Part shown: piece by piece, positions 1 to 12,098 of the stretch
Numbering within the stretch: position 1 is the first letter of the stretch
How the letters are laid out: every line of letters starts with the position of its first letter
NCBI GenBank assembly: GCA_964016885.1
Contig: OZ024751.1
Coordinates: 14,446,001-14,510,000 of the forward strand
Source of the DNA: Eledone cirrhosa
Taxonomy: Eukaryota
Length of the DNA stretch: 64,000 bases
Direction: 5' to 3'
Translations under genes and position numbers: made by a program
Notes under the pieces: generated by a model
Told to the model about the DNA's origin: nothing
Databases searched by the model: none
What the model saw: the letters and a program-made list of their open reading frames with translations, nothing else

Positions 1-137
1 GGGGATGGAACTGGGGGTGAACACCACCTACTGAGAAAGGGGTCTCTGTAATGAATATTATTATTTTGTTTTCTATAAATCATTATCATAATAATGACAT
101 CACATGACGCCTGATAAAGAACCCCCCCCCCCCCTCA

Positions 138-174
<37 letters not shown>

Positions 175-399
175 TTTTATGGTCGGAATGGTTGATGTAG
201 CGGGTACCGCTGACTCTTCTCTGTAACAATACTTTCACTACCTTGTTAACCCAGAGGTAGGAAAGTTTGCCTCACCATCATTTCCCTCCCCACATTTTAT
301 GTGTCGTTCTGCCCTCATTTTTCCATTTACCATTATGATATTGTAAACATAGTTTGACAATTTGAAATAAATAAAATTTAATATATATATATATATATA

Positions 400-444
400 C
401 AGGGTATCCCAAAATTGTATACAGACTTATCTGAATGCTGTTGA

Positions 445-476
<32 letters not shown>

Positions 477-551
477 CAGAATTTCCCCAAAATATATACA
501 CACTTTTATAAGAATGCTGTTGAAGCGTGTGTGCATTTTTGGGGGACACCC

Positions 552-553
<2 letters not shown>
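400..553. mobile_element. Tc1/mariner-type MITE fragments (CAGGGTGTCCCCCAAAA-type ends) interrupted by microsatellite; related fragment at ~780-832
   Basis: TA-CAGGGTATCCCAAAA at 398-414 and TTTTGGGGGACACCCTG ending at 553; the same internal GAATGCTGTTG motif occurs at ~810 and, reversed, in the copy at 57802-57901. Confidence 0.6.
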
Positions 554-608
<55 letters not shown>

Positions 609-1037
609 TGCGAGTGTGCTGGCTTGCCTCAAAAATCATTAGAGAGGTTGCCCAGTACTCGCGACGTTGCTGTCTTTTGCTCTGGTGTTGGCTCTGTTGT
701 TCACGCCTTCCTTTACATTTTCTTTAATATTGTAACATTAAAAGAATATATCTTTCTGAAAGGTAAACAGAAATAACAACCCCCAAAAGTGTATGCACAC
801 TTTTATTAGAATGCTGTTGGAGACATCCTGTATATATATATGTAGTATAAACAAAGTTCCATACATTTAACATGTATGTACGACCATTGATTTCTGGATC
901 CATTAATGGCCACCACTGTATTTTGGAGGAGGCACTTTTAAACACGTTAAGTGTATGAAACCTTGTTGATACTAAATAAGCTCTCTTGCAACGGATTGAG
1001 CACTGTTTTCCTTGATCTTTCATCTACACATTTCATT

Positions 1038-1083
<46 letters not shown>

Positions 1084-1847
1084 TGTGTGTGTGTGTGTGT
1101 CTGTGTCTGTGTTGGTTACATTTTATTCGTCATTTATAATAATTACTCTGCTTGTCACTACTGAAATTTAAGTTTGGATTTTCGAATTTTTATGCTGTCA
1201 TAAAATAAAACGAAGCCATGAGATAATAATCTTTCGAAATTTCTCTCAGGCGACAAACATTACATATTATAATGTATATATATATATATTTTTTTTTTTC
1301 TGTTTTAATCTCTTGCCTATTCATAAGAGAAATTTTAAAGAAAAACAAGCACTTAAAATAAAGAACTCAGGTATAATAATTGTCTTAACTCACGTTAATT
1401 GTCTTAACTCACGTTAATCCATCATTTCCGTATCCAAATTGAAAGAGTTCATGTTTAAATTTAAACTTATACAAATTGACGAAATGTTCGCTGGTGTCTA
1501 TAAGTAGTACCATTATATTCCAAGTAATTAAAATAGCAGAAACTGGCACAATATCTTCAGAAATATCCATTATTAGTAAAAAAAAAAAAACAAATAAAAA
1601 AAACGGTGAATTTTCTTTTTTGTCATAGATTTGTAAAGAGCCAAGGTTGAACAGTTGAAATAAACTTCTTAATGACAGACTGTATTCGAAAATTTTCAGA
1701 ATTTTAACTCCATTTTTTAAATATATATTCTACTCCTTTATGCTATGAGAAAGAATTCCTCAAACTATTGGAATTATTCATAACTGGTGATAAATGTAAA
1801 TTAAAACAAACAACAGCAGCAAATACAGACTAATTACTTCTGGCATC

Positions 1848-1918
1848 TGTTTACAATTTTCCCGCCAAAACCCGGATGTTACAACTAGCGACAGTCAATC
1901 ACTAGCGGCAGATCGATA
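1848..1918. promoter_or_regulatory. Promoter-like motif cluster: E2F site, ETS-type site, DRE-like site
   Basis: TTTTCCCGCCAAAA (1857-1870), CCCGGATGT (1871-1879), ATCGATA (1912-1918), TGTTTACA (1848-1855), local CpG enrichment in non-repeat DNA. Confidence 0.4.
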
Positions 1919-2004
1919 CGCTTAATTGATTATTATGTCTAAATTATTGGTGGAACGTTGGGATATGTTACTGGATTAGTGATGGTCAACAAATGTTTAT
2001 TTGC

Positions 2005-2155
2005 CGAGGTTAGCTTTGTCTTTCATCCTTACAAGGTCGATAAAATAAAACACCAGTAACGCATTGAACCGATTTAATCGACCCCTCCCACCAAATCGTT
2101 GGCCTTGTGTCTTCAGATAATTGGTGGCCTTGTGCCAAAAAATAGAAACAATTAT
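2005..2155 (+). mobile_element. 5'-truncated tRNA-derived SINE (Meta/MESC-type core)
   Basis: CCGAGGTTAGCTTTGTCTTTCATCCTTACAAGGTCGATAAAATAAAACACCAG...GGCCTTGTGCC...GAAACAATT matches the full copy at 22661-22882. Confidence 0.8.
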
Positions 2156-2568
2156 TATAGAATTATAGAAAGACATCTCACCGATTTTAGTGGGAAATAA
2201 ATCTTTTTTATTCGTGTTGTTTTTTGTTCGTTTTTTGTTTTTTCGTGTGCTATCAAAATATTATTAGGACTCACCCCCCTCACCCCAGAAAAGTGAGGGA
2301 GAAGAGGGGGAGAGTTACTTGGAATCGTCACCCTCCCCTCCCCACAGTTTTCTTTATCATGTTCCCCTGGTTTTCTTCGTGTGCTCCCAACAAATCCTAC
2401 CTCCGAACTTCCGCAAAGGACTTTTTCCTCTGAAAACGGACGGGGGAGTAGGAAAGGTCTCAGATCCTGCTCCTCCCAACCCGGAGTTTTCTTACCCCCC
2501 CCCCCCCCCCCAAACCCTTTCTGTCACTCATCGCACTCTCCTTCATTCTCTCCAAGGAATAAATTTAC

Positions 2569-3103
2569 TGAAGAGGGATATTTCTCCGTGATATATAGAC
2601 ACGCTGTATATCACGAAGGCGACCCTACGACTTCATCAAGAGTTAAGAGTCCAATACATCTAAACAATAAATTGGGTGAAGAGGGATATTTCTCCGTGAT
2701 ATATAGACACGCTGTATATCACGAAGGCGACCCTACGACTTCATCAAGAGTTAAGAGTCCAATACATCTAAACAATAAATTGGGTGAAGAGGGATATTTC
2801 TCCGTGATATATAGACACGCTGTATATCACGAAGGCGACCCTACGACTTCATCAAGAGTTAAGAGTCCAATACATCTAAACAATAAATTGGGTGAAGAGG
2901 GATATTTCTCCGTGATATATAGACACGCTGTATATCACGAAGGCGACCCTACGACTTCATCAAGAGTTAAGAGTCCAATACATCTAAACAATAAATTGGG
3001 TGAAGAGGGATATTTCTCCGTGATATATAGACACGCTGTATATCACGAAGGCGACCCTACGACTTCATCAAGAGTTAAGGGTCCAATATATCTAAACAAT
3101 AAT
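2569..3103. repeat. Tandem array, 108-bp unit x ~5, near-identical, each unit containing a hairpin
   Basis: Units start at 2569, 2677, 2785, 2893, 3001; only the last unit has substitutions. Confidence 0.95.
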
Positions 3104-3116
3104 TTAATGTCTAGAG

Positions 3117-3285
3117 CAGGTATGGGCAACTTTTTTTTCAAGCAGTGAGCCTCATAGGATGCGGCTCGTTATAAGGGAGGCCGCACTACTTACAGAAATT
3201 CAAAGCAATTTTGAAAATTAGGCGTACCATTCAGAAAACTAAACGGGTTAGATGCGGCTCGTGGGCCGCAGTTTTCGCTTGGCAG
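3117..3285. mobile_element. hAT (Charlie-like) MITE with GTCTAGAG target site duplication
   Basis: Begins CAGGTATGGGCAAC; internal GCGGCTCG/GGCCGCA motifs; identical 8-mer GTCTAGAG at 3109-3116 and 3286-3293. Confidence 0.6.
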
Positions 3286-3293
3286 GTCTAGAG

Positions 3294-3462
3294 CAGGGTC
3301 TATGAGAGGGGAATGGAGTCCAGTCGGTACTTTGTTTCGGGGCCCAAGAGCTAAGAAGGTTCCACAGCAACCATGCAACATCCATTTTGAGAAAAATCTT
3401 TGCCTGCTTCGGGCCCCAAAGGGGTCTTGTACCGCCTTGCAAAATTTCTGTTGGAGGCCCTT
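3294..3462. mobile_element. Second hAT-type MITE abutting the first, same GTCTAGAG flank
   Basis: CAGGGTC...GGCCCTT ends; GTCTAGAG at 3286-3293 and 3463-3470. Confidence 0.5.
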
Positions 3463-3608
3463 GTCTAGAGAGACAGTGAAAATGGAGAATGTGTTTCACT
3501 GATAAATGCTTTATTTTCTTCTCTGGAATTGCAAACAATAAAAGTGAAATAACCATGCCATTTTTTTTGTGTTTTTTTTTTCTGTCTACAGTGTATATAA
3601 TATTTTAT

Positions 3609-3647
3609 GAGTGTGTGTGTCCGTTATGGTGTCTGTGTGCCTATCCT

Positions 3648-3704
<57 letters not shown>

Positions 3705-4283
3705 GTTATGGTGTCTGTGTGTCTATCCTGGTGTGTGTGTGTGTGTGTGTGTCCGTTATGGTGTCTGTGTGTCTATCCTGGTGTGTGTGTGTCCTGGTGT
3801 CTGTCTGTGTATGTATGTGTGCGCGTCATGGTGCGTGTGTGGGTGTCCTGGTGTGTGTGTGTGTGTGTCCGTTATGGTGTCTGTGTGTCTATCCTGGTGT
3901 GTGTGTGTCCTGGTGTCTGTCTGTGTATGTATGTGTGCGCGTCATGGTGCGTGTGTGGGTGTCCTGGTGTGTGTGTGTGTGTCCGTCATGGTGTGTGTGA
4001 GTGTGTGTATGTGTGTGTGTCTGTGTTCGTCCTGGTGTGTAATATGTTATATGTGTATTTGTGTGTGTAATATATTATTTTTGTATATATGTGTGTATGT
4101 GCATATGTGTGTGTATGTTATATGTTATTTGTGTATATGTGTGTGTAATGTGTTATTTGCGTGTGTAATATGTTATATCTGTGTATATGTGTGTGTGTGT
4201 ATGTGTGTGTAATATGTTATTTTTGTATATATGTGTGTATGCATATGTATATATGTGTGTGTAATGATATTTTTGTATGTGTG
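3609..4283. repeat. (GT)n-rich compound microsatellite/minisatellite
   Basis: GT runs with repeated CCGTTATGGTGTCTGTGTGTCTATCCTGG spacers. Confidence 0.85.
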
Positions 4284-4731
4284 AAAATTCCCTTCTGGCT
4301 TCCAGAGAAAACATCAGAGAGAGAGAGTGTGTGAGAGAGAGAGAGTGAGTGAGTGAGAGAGAAAGAGAGAGAGAGAGAGAGAAGGAGAGAGTGAGTGAGA
4401 GAGAGAGAAACATGGTCGTTATTATATAGATGTATATAATAAATCTTTCTAGTAGAAAGTTCATCAGATATAACTTCCTCTTCCTCCCATTCACCATACC
4501 CCCCCCCCCGTCCCCAAGCTCCTCCTCATCCTCCCCCTTTCAACAACCACTTATTTTCAAACCTTCTCTGACAGTCCACATAATTTTCATTCAGGCTTTG
4601 CTGGAAACCATTTCACTTACAAACACACCATTAACTGAACTATAACCTTTACAGAAAGCTATTCAAGAAACACACACACACACACACACATATGCATATA
4701 CGTGTGAGTGTGTCTGTGTGTGCATGTATGA

Positions 4732-4764
<33 letters not shown>

Positions 4765-5118
4765 GCAAAAATGCCTGAGGAGCTCTCTGCATGAAGTATA
4801 TAAGCATTAATAGTCTTGTATTTTAAATGTGCTAAGTGTGTGTGTGTGTGTGTGTGCGTGCGTGTATGTGTGTGTGTGTGTGTGTGCGTGTGCGTGTGTG
4901 TGTGTGCGTGTGCGGGAGGTGAAATTCAATTAACTGATACTATCTTTGTAATTTCAAGACCAGAACTCCCTTTGGAAGTGGGGTGGGGTCAGGAGAAGCA
5001 ATCAAGAGAATTCCTACAGCCTGAGCTGATCAAAGTTTATTTTAAACATTTTTAGATATTGTAGTTAGACATTGTTTTTAGCCCCTTTGTTATCAAATTT
5101 CAAATGAAATAACTGTTA

Positions 5119-5323
5119 TTAACCCTACATATAATATTATATTTTCATGGTAAAGGCTTTATCTTACTTAATATTTCACATATTGAATCTATGAGATTTT
5201 GATATTATTCATTTTGAGAACAGTACCTTAACATCAGTATGAGTGGCCAGTTAGGCCGGTTGAAACAACAAGAGGTGAGAGAATTCTGGCTGGATATGGC
5301 CAGTTTAAATGCTATAGGGTTAA
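5119..5323 (-). mobile_element. piggyBac-type MITE (~200-230 bp, TTAA-flanked)
   Basis: TTAA-CCCTA...TAAATGCTATAGGG-TTAA; reverse complement of the copies at 31240, 31879, 36920 and 60938. Confidence 0.75.
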
Positions 5324-6303
5324 CTCCTTCATTACTATATTTCTAATGAAATAACTGTTATTAACTCCTTCCTTACTATATTTCTAATGAAATAACTGTT
5401 ATTAACTCTTTCCTTACTATATTTCTAATGAAATAACTGTTATTAACTCTTTCCTTAATATATTTCTAATGAAATAACTGTTATCAACTCCTTCCTTACT
5501 ATATTTCTAATGAAATAACTGTTATTAGCTCCTTCCTTACTATATTTCTAATGAAATAACTGTTATTAGCTCCTTCCTTACTATATTTCTAATGAAATAA
5601 CTGTTATTAACTCCTTCCTTACTATATTTCTAATGAAATAACTGTTATTAGCCCCTTCCTTACTATATTTCTAATAAAATAACTGTTATTAGCTCCTTCC
5701 TTACTATGTTTCTAATGAAATAACTGTTATTAGCTCCTTCCTTACTATATTTCTAATGAAATAACTGTTATTAACTCCTTCCTTACTATATTTCTAATGA
5801 AATAACTATTATTAGCTCTTTCCTTACTATATTTCTAATGAAATAACTGTTATTAACTCCTTCCTTACTATATTTCTAATGAAATAACTATTATTAGCCC
5901 CTTCCTTACTATATTTCTAATGAAATAACTGTTATTAGCTCCTTCCTTACTATATTTCTAATGAAATAATTGTTATTAACTCCTTCCTTACTATATTTCT
6001 AATGAAATAACTGTTATTAACTCCTTCATTACTATATTTCTAATGAAATAACTGTTATTAGCCCCTTCATTACTATATTTCTAATGAAATAACTGTTATT
6101 AGCTCCTTCCTTACTATATTTCTAATGAAATAACTGTTATTAACCCCTCCTTACTATATTTCTAATGAAATAACTGTTATTAACTCCTTCCTTACTATAT
6201 TTCTAATGAAATAACTGTTATTAACCCCTCCTTACTATATTTCTAATGAAATAACTGTTATTAACTCCTTCCTTACTATATTTCTAATGAAATAACTGTT
6301 ATT
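5320..6303. repeat. 41-bp minisatellite x ~24 (TTAACTCCTTCCTTACTATATTTCTAATGAAATAACTGTTA)
   Basis: Directly visible periodicity (5361, 5402, ...). Confidence 0.95.
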
Positions 6304-6593
6304 TATTTAATATTTTGTCTGGTTTAACACCTCTACCAGCACCACAACCACAACCACTATCACCTCTACCACCACCACTATCACCTCTACCACCACCATC
6401 ATCTGGTCTTTCAGTGGTTTATTCAATATTTTTTCTAGTTTACCACCACAACCACTATCACCACTACCAGCACCACCATCATCTGGTCCTTGAGTGCCTT
6501 TAGCAAACTTCACAGTGTTGAAAGCATTTAAGTCATGTAGGAGTCAGTGGTACATAGTGTTATTAGCTTCATGCTTGGTGAGAATGGGGGAGG

Positions 6594-6630
6594 TTATGAC
6601 GTTTCGGACATAAGTCCTTCATCAAGAAAG
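6594..6630 (-). ncRNA. Degenerate minimal hammerhead-like motif (PLE-type)
   Basis: Minus strand TTGATGA-AGGA-CTTATG-TCC-GAAAC-GTC: core boxes, stem II and GUC triplet present; C3 mutated and stem I does not pair. Confidence 0.45.
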
Positions 6631-6652
6631 TAGGAGTGAGTGAGGAGGGGAC

Positions 6653-6701
<49 letters not shown>

Positions 6702-6809
6702 GGTATGCTAAGATCGAGGAAACCAAAATTGCTTGGCATTGCAGTAGAGTTCATATCTCTCTCTCTTAATATATTACCATAACAAAGGTTCCTTACCACA
6801 TTTCCTTCG

Positions 6810-7184
<375 letters not shown>

Positions 7185-7522
7185 TATATAGTAAAAGAGT
7201 GAAGAATAACATGGTCGGCTGTACAATAGGGTTTATTCAACGACAACATTAATCTTTACTCATTTACTATTATTACTCCAAGAACCACTTACCTAGGAAC
7301 TGTCTTAAATCAGCCACTCAACCAAGGAAACTTCTGGTTCTGGTTGAGTCAAACAATGCCGAATGTTAAAACTATCCTCGATACAGAGTACTTATAACCT
7401 CTACTTGGATTACCTTAAACCATATCTTGTTAACTTATATATATATATGTTAAGTATTTCCGAAGAAAAAACAAAAGAAAAAAGAGTGCTCTATGTATAA
7501 AACAGAGCTATTTAATTAGAAT

Positions 7523-7887
7523 GTAAACAGCACAATATAACTACCATTACCAAAGATTTCAGAACTCTAGACAAGTTATCTTTTCATCCGATGAGTGAAC
7601 TAGACATATGTTAATATCGTATAGGGGTCCTGAAACCTTTGGTAATGGAGTAATTATATATTGTGTTGTTTACTCAGGTCTGTTGTTTTAACCTGATTAG
7701 TTCTTTTGTTGTTTTGGTATTGTATGGTTGGGTTTCGCCTACCGCAATTTTCAATTTGTCAAGCTATCTAAACGTAATGTTATTACTCTGAGGACCTACC
7801 CTTATTGAGTGCTTTGCTACTCATTCCTTATTGTAGGTCGGCTTTGCTTGGCCACAGCCAAAGCTTTGATTTTACTAACCTTCCACT

Positions 7888-7888
<1 letters not shown>
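7523..7888 (+). mobile_element. Fold-back relic, probable Penelope-like pLTR with inverted 5' copy
   Basis: ~50-bp inverted arms 7523-7570 / 7622-7673; spacer holds a CCGATGAG hammerhead-like remnant; ends at (TA)n. Confidence 0.5.
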
Positions 7889-7922
<34 letters not shown>

Positions 7923-8017
7923 ATGTGTATATATATATATACCCATGCAAGCGTGGAAGATGGACGTTAAACGATGATGATGATGATGATGATGATATAT
8001 ATATATATATATATATA

Positions 8018-10318
8018 TCATCATCATCATTTTACGTCCGCTCTTCCCTGCTCGCAAGGGTGGGATGGGTCTTATTCAGCACAGCATCTCTCCACTCGTC
8101 ACGGTCCTTCGTCATCTCCACCATGAGCTTCAGCGATCTGAGGTCTGTCCACACCACCTCCGCCCATGTTTTTTGTGGTCTACCTCTACCACGTCTTCCT
8201 TCAACTGGCATTTCCTGGCACTTCTTTACGCATCGGTCATCCTCTATGCGCATCACATGTCCATACCACCTCAGTCTCCTCTCTCGCACAGTTTCTCTCT
8301 CATCACATTTATGCTGGGTCGTTCACGCACATTGACATTGCACATTCAACGGAGCATGCTTGCCTCATTTCTCTCCAGCCGTTGCATATCCTCTGCAGTT
8401 GCTGCCCATGTCTCACTACCATGTAGCATCGCGCTCCTCACACAGGCATCATATAACCGGCCTTTCGTACGCAGGGAGAAACCCTTCTTCGTCAGCAGAG
8501 GAAGCAGCTCCTTAAACTTCTTCCAACCCGTCCTTATTTTAGATACTATGGCCTTGGAACACGCCCCTCCCATGCTAATCTGATCTCCTAGGTTCCGGAA
8601 GCTATCCACCACTTCTATAGCACCCGCCTGCATTTGAAAAATGTATCTATCAATGCGACTTCTACTGTCTAATTTCCCTGTACATCTACTGCATATGTAT
8701 TTCTCCCTACCTGTTAGTTTGCCTGCTATCCCACTACATCTCTTGTGTACCCAGGATCTGCATTGTGTGCATTTTATAGAATTTATGCCAGTTCCTTTTT
8801 TGCATATCGAACATGGCCATTTCCCTGACGGAATCAGAGTTTTGTCCTCTTTTCTACTCATCAACATTTTTGTCTTAGCTAGGTTCACTCTCAGTCCTCT
8901 TGCTTCCAACTGCTGTTTCCATAGCCAGAATATATTCTCTAGCTCCTCTACTGATTCTGCTATAAGAACCAGATCGTCAGCATAGAGAAGTTCCCATGGA
9001 CAGCCAGTCTTAAACTCCTCTGTTATGGCTTGGAGGACTATAATGAACAAGAGTGGGCTGAGGACCGAACTTGATGTACTCCTACTTGTATCTGCAATTC
9101 CTCACTAAACTCCATTCCTACCCTGACTTTACTGACAGTACCTCTGTACAAAGTTTGCACTGTCCTCACAAGCCATTCCTCAACACCTAGTTTCCTTAGG
9201 GACCACCAGATGACAGATCGGGTACTCTATCAAAGGCCTTCTCTAGGTCAACAAAGGCTAAGTATAGTGGCTTATTTTTCTCTAAGAACCTCTCTTGTAA
9301 TTGTCTCACCAAGAAGAGGGCATCTGTTGTACAAAACCAAACTGCATCTCATCTAGTTTGACCCTTTCTCTAATTAGTTGTGCTAATATCCTTTCTGCCA
9401 CTTTCATAACCTGATCCATCAGTTTTATTCCCCTATAATTGCTCCTCTCCAGAGCATCCCCATTACCTTTGTAGCAATTTATGAGAATACTGCTGCACCA
9501 GTCTTTGGGTATGACACCACCATATATAGCCTGATTGATGATGCGTGCAACCAGTTTAGTGCCTACATCCCCTGATGCCTTCAGCATCTCAGCAACTATC
9601 CCCGATGGTCCAGCAGCCTTACCATTTTTCATTTCCTTAATCGCCTCTTGGACCCTATATTCGTCAATCGCAATAGCTGGTCCCTCTGTCCCTCTGTCGG
9701 ATCTACTGAAGGTAATTTCTCTCTCTCCCATTCGTTCTCCACATTCATCAGTCTCTCATAATGACATTTCCAGGCCTCCTTTTTCTGATCATTTGTGACA
9801 CTAACTAAGTACACTGGCATCATTCCAGACACATCTTGATTTGCATTGACACACTACCTTGCAATGTGGAACAACTCTCATCTTCCCATCGCAGAACATT
9901 GGCAAACCTCCTACTCTCAGCCTCCCTGCGTGCTAAGTACACCTGACGTCTAGCTTCTCTCTTAGTGGCTGTATATCCCACCCTTTTTCCAAACCTTCCA
10001 TGCTAGTCTTTTGTCTCTAATGGCCTTATCTACTGAGCTGTTCCACCACCAGGTCACTCTCTGTCTGGTTGGAGCTCTGCTCCAGCCACAAGTTTCATCA
10101 GTAGCCTGCAGTAAGTTGTCACGTAAGAAATTCCAGTTATTATCTATGTCATAAGTCTCTAAATCGTCTTCTTTTTCATAATACACATCTTGAAGGGCTT
10201 TCCTAAATTTGTATTTTAGTGAAAGGTCTTTTAGCTTCCAGACCTTTCTTCTCCACAACTTCCTGTATATCTCATCCCATCTCTTGCTTACTGAGATATC
10301 ACTAACGACTAACTTATA
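8018..10318 (-). mobile_element. 5'-truncated, decayed RTE-clade LINE (end of endonuclease, RT, C-terminus, (TGA)n tail)
   Basis: ORF pieces GKAAGPSGIVAEML, NYRGIKLM, QFGF, ELLYADDLV, YDACVRSAMLHGSETW, RRLRWYGHVMR..GRRGRGRPQKTW; frameshifts, stops and an internal deletion near 8295. Confidence 0.95.
8346..9050 (-). pseudogene. RTE reverse transcriptase fragment (YADD region) with inserted C4HC3 PHD-type finger
   Basis: LYADD...VNLAKTKML-[CSIC..CTQC..HKRC..CSRC]-IEVVDSFRNLG. Confidence 0.85.
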
Positions 10319-10587
10319 TCATCATTTCATTTTACGTCCGCTTTTTCCCTGCTTGCAAGGGTGGGACGGGAACTGATTCTGGCTTGATTTCTACAGCTGG
10401 ATGCCCTTCCTAACACCAACCTCATTTACAGTGAGTGCTGGGTGCTTTTTTGCAGTGGAATAATAGGGACCCCAGTCCCTATCATCTCATTTCTACAGCT
10501 GAGTAAACTCGAGCAATGTGAAATAAAGTGTCTTGCTCAAGGAAACAACACATCACCTGGTCTGAGAATTGAACTCACAACCTTTCG
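10318..10587 (-). mobile_element. Composite SINE: B box + CORE-like domain joined to GGAAGGGCATCC domain and RTE-type 3' tail
   Basis: Same composite at 33648-33937; tail CCCACCCTTGCAAGCAGGGAAAAGCGGACGTAAAATG matches the RTE 3' end at 8030-8070. Confidence 0.75.
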
Positions 10588-10618
<31 letters not shown>

Positions 10619-10901
10619 AATTTATAAATGGCAACTAAGCAGATGATGTATTTATCGATACTCAGAGTTTCATAAAGATATTTCAATTAATCTTGGAAGC
10701 CATCATGAAAGAGAGTACTAATGAAAACATCTGTTTAGTTGTCATAGATTTCAGCAATATAAAATACTTCTATGTTTAGATATCAAAGACGTGTTCTTTC
10801 ATAATTACAATTTACACTCATATATATATATAAATGTGTGTGTATATACATACATACATACATATATATATACAACCACAACACATATGTATACACACAT
10901 G

Positions 10902-10942
<41 letters not shown>

Positions 10943-11002
10943 ATATGCATGTGTGTATGTATTTATATACACATACATATGCAAGCAGACGTAAAATGAT
11001 GA

Positions 11003-11072
<70 letters not shown>

Positions 11073-11169
11073 ATCTACAGTGCCAACCTTCTGCTCTCTC
11101 ACAATTATTCTCTTCTATATACTAATATACACTTGTAAGTACAGGATTTTTTTGGGGGGGTAGATTCTT

Positions 11170-11218
<49 letters not shown>

Positions 11219-11242
11219 TCATCATTTGATGTCTGCTTTTGG

Positions 11243-11287
<45 letters not shown>

Positions 11288-11292
11288 TTATT

Positions 11293-11323
<31 letters not shown>

Positions 11324-11899
11324 TTATTTATATATACATATATATATATATATATATTTATTTATATATATATACATATATATATATATATTTATCTTGT
11401 TTTCAAATTGTAAGTTAAATAAAAACATAACAATAAAGAAATAAAATATATGAAATATCAAAATCAGTTTTATAGTAATGTATACTGGAGGGGGTTTATT
11501 CTGTTCATTAAAATTTTATATGGAAAATATGTGTATATATGTATATATATATATATGTAGTTATATGTGTAATGCATGAATATGTTTGTGAAATTAATGT
11601 ACTGTGTGTGTATGTATGTTTGTGTAAAATAAAAATCTGTTTGTGTGGGTATATATGTGAAATAGTTGTGTTTATGTAAGTATATGTATGTGCGTGTATA
11701 TATATATATATATATATGTGTGTGTTTGTGTGTTTGTATCTGATTGTGTGTATATGTATGTGAAATATATGTGTTTATGTAAGTATATGTATGTGTGGGT
11801 ATATATATATATATATATATGTGTGTGTATTTGTGTGTTTGTATCTGATTGTGTGTAAATGTATGTGATTTAGTTGTGTTTATGTAAGTATATGTATGG

Positions 11900-11941
<42 letters not shown>

Positions 11942-12002
11942 TTGTATGTTTGTATCTGATTGTGTGTATATGTATGTGAAATATATGTTTATGTATGTAT
12001 AT

Positions 12003-12098
<96 letters not shown>

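Noticed and set aside
1413-1570. Minus-strand ATG-to-GTGAGT segment (MDISEDIVPVSAIL...GNDGLT) near the promoter-like patch, with the donor duplicated by a 19-bp tandem repeat
   Set aside because: No recognisable homology; possible downstream exons end within a few codons; equally plausible short frames exist on the other strand
2569-2676. Hammerhead ribozyme in the 108-bp unit (CTGAAGA on +, TTGATGA on -)
   Set aside because: No GAAA directly after a stem II on either strand; CTGAAGA is present only in the first copy
2381-3148. 255-aa ORF with 36-aa repeats as a protein gene
   Set aside because: Non-ATG start; one stop-free frame in a 108-bp unit is easily expected by chance; the copies show no synonymous divergence to support coding
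7190-7437. Possible solo LTR between (TA) tracts
   Set aside because: Minus-strand AATAAA is present but there are no clear TG...CA termini, TSD or second copy
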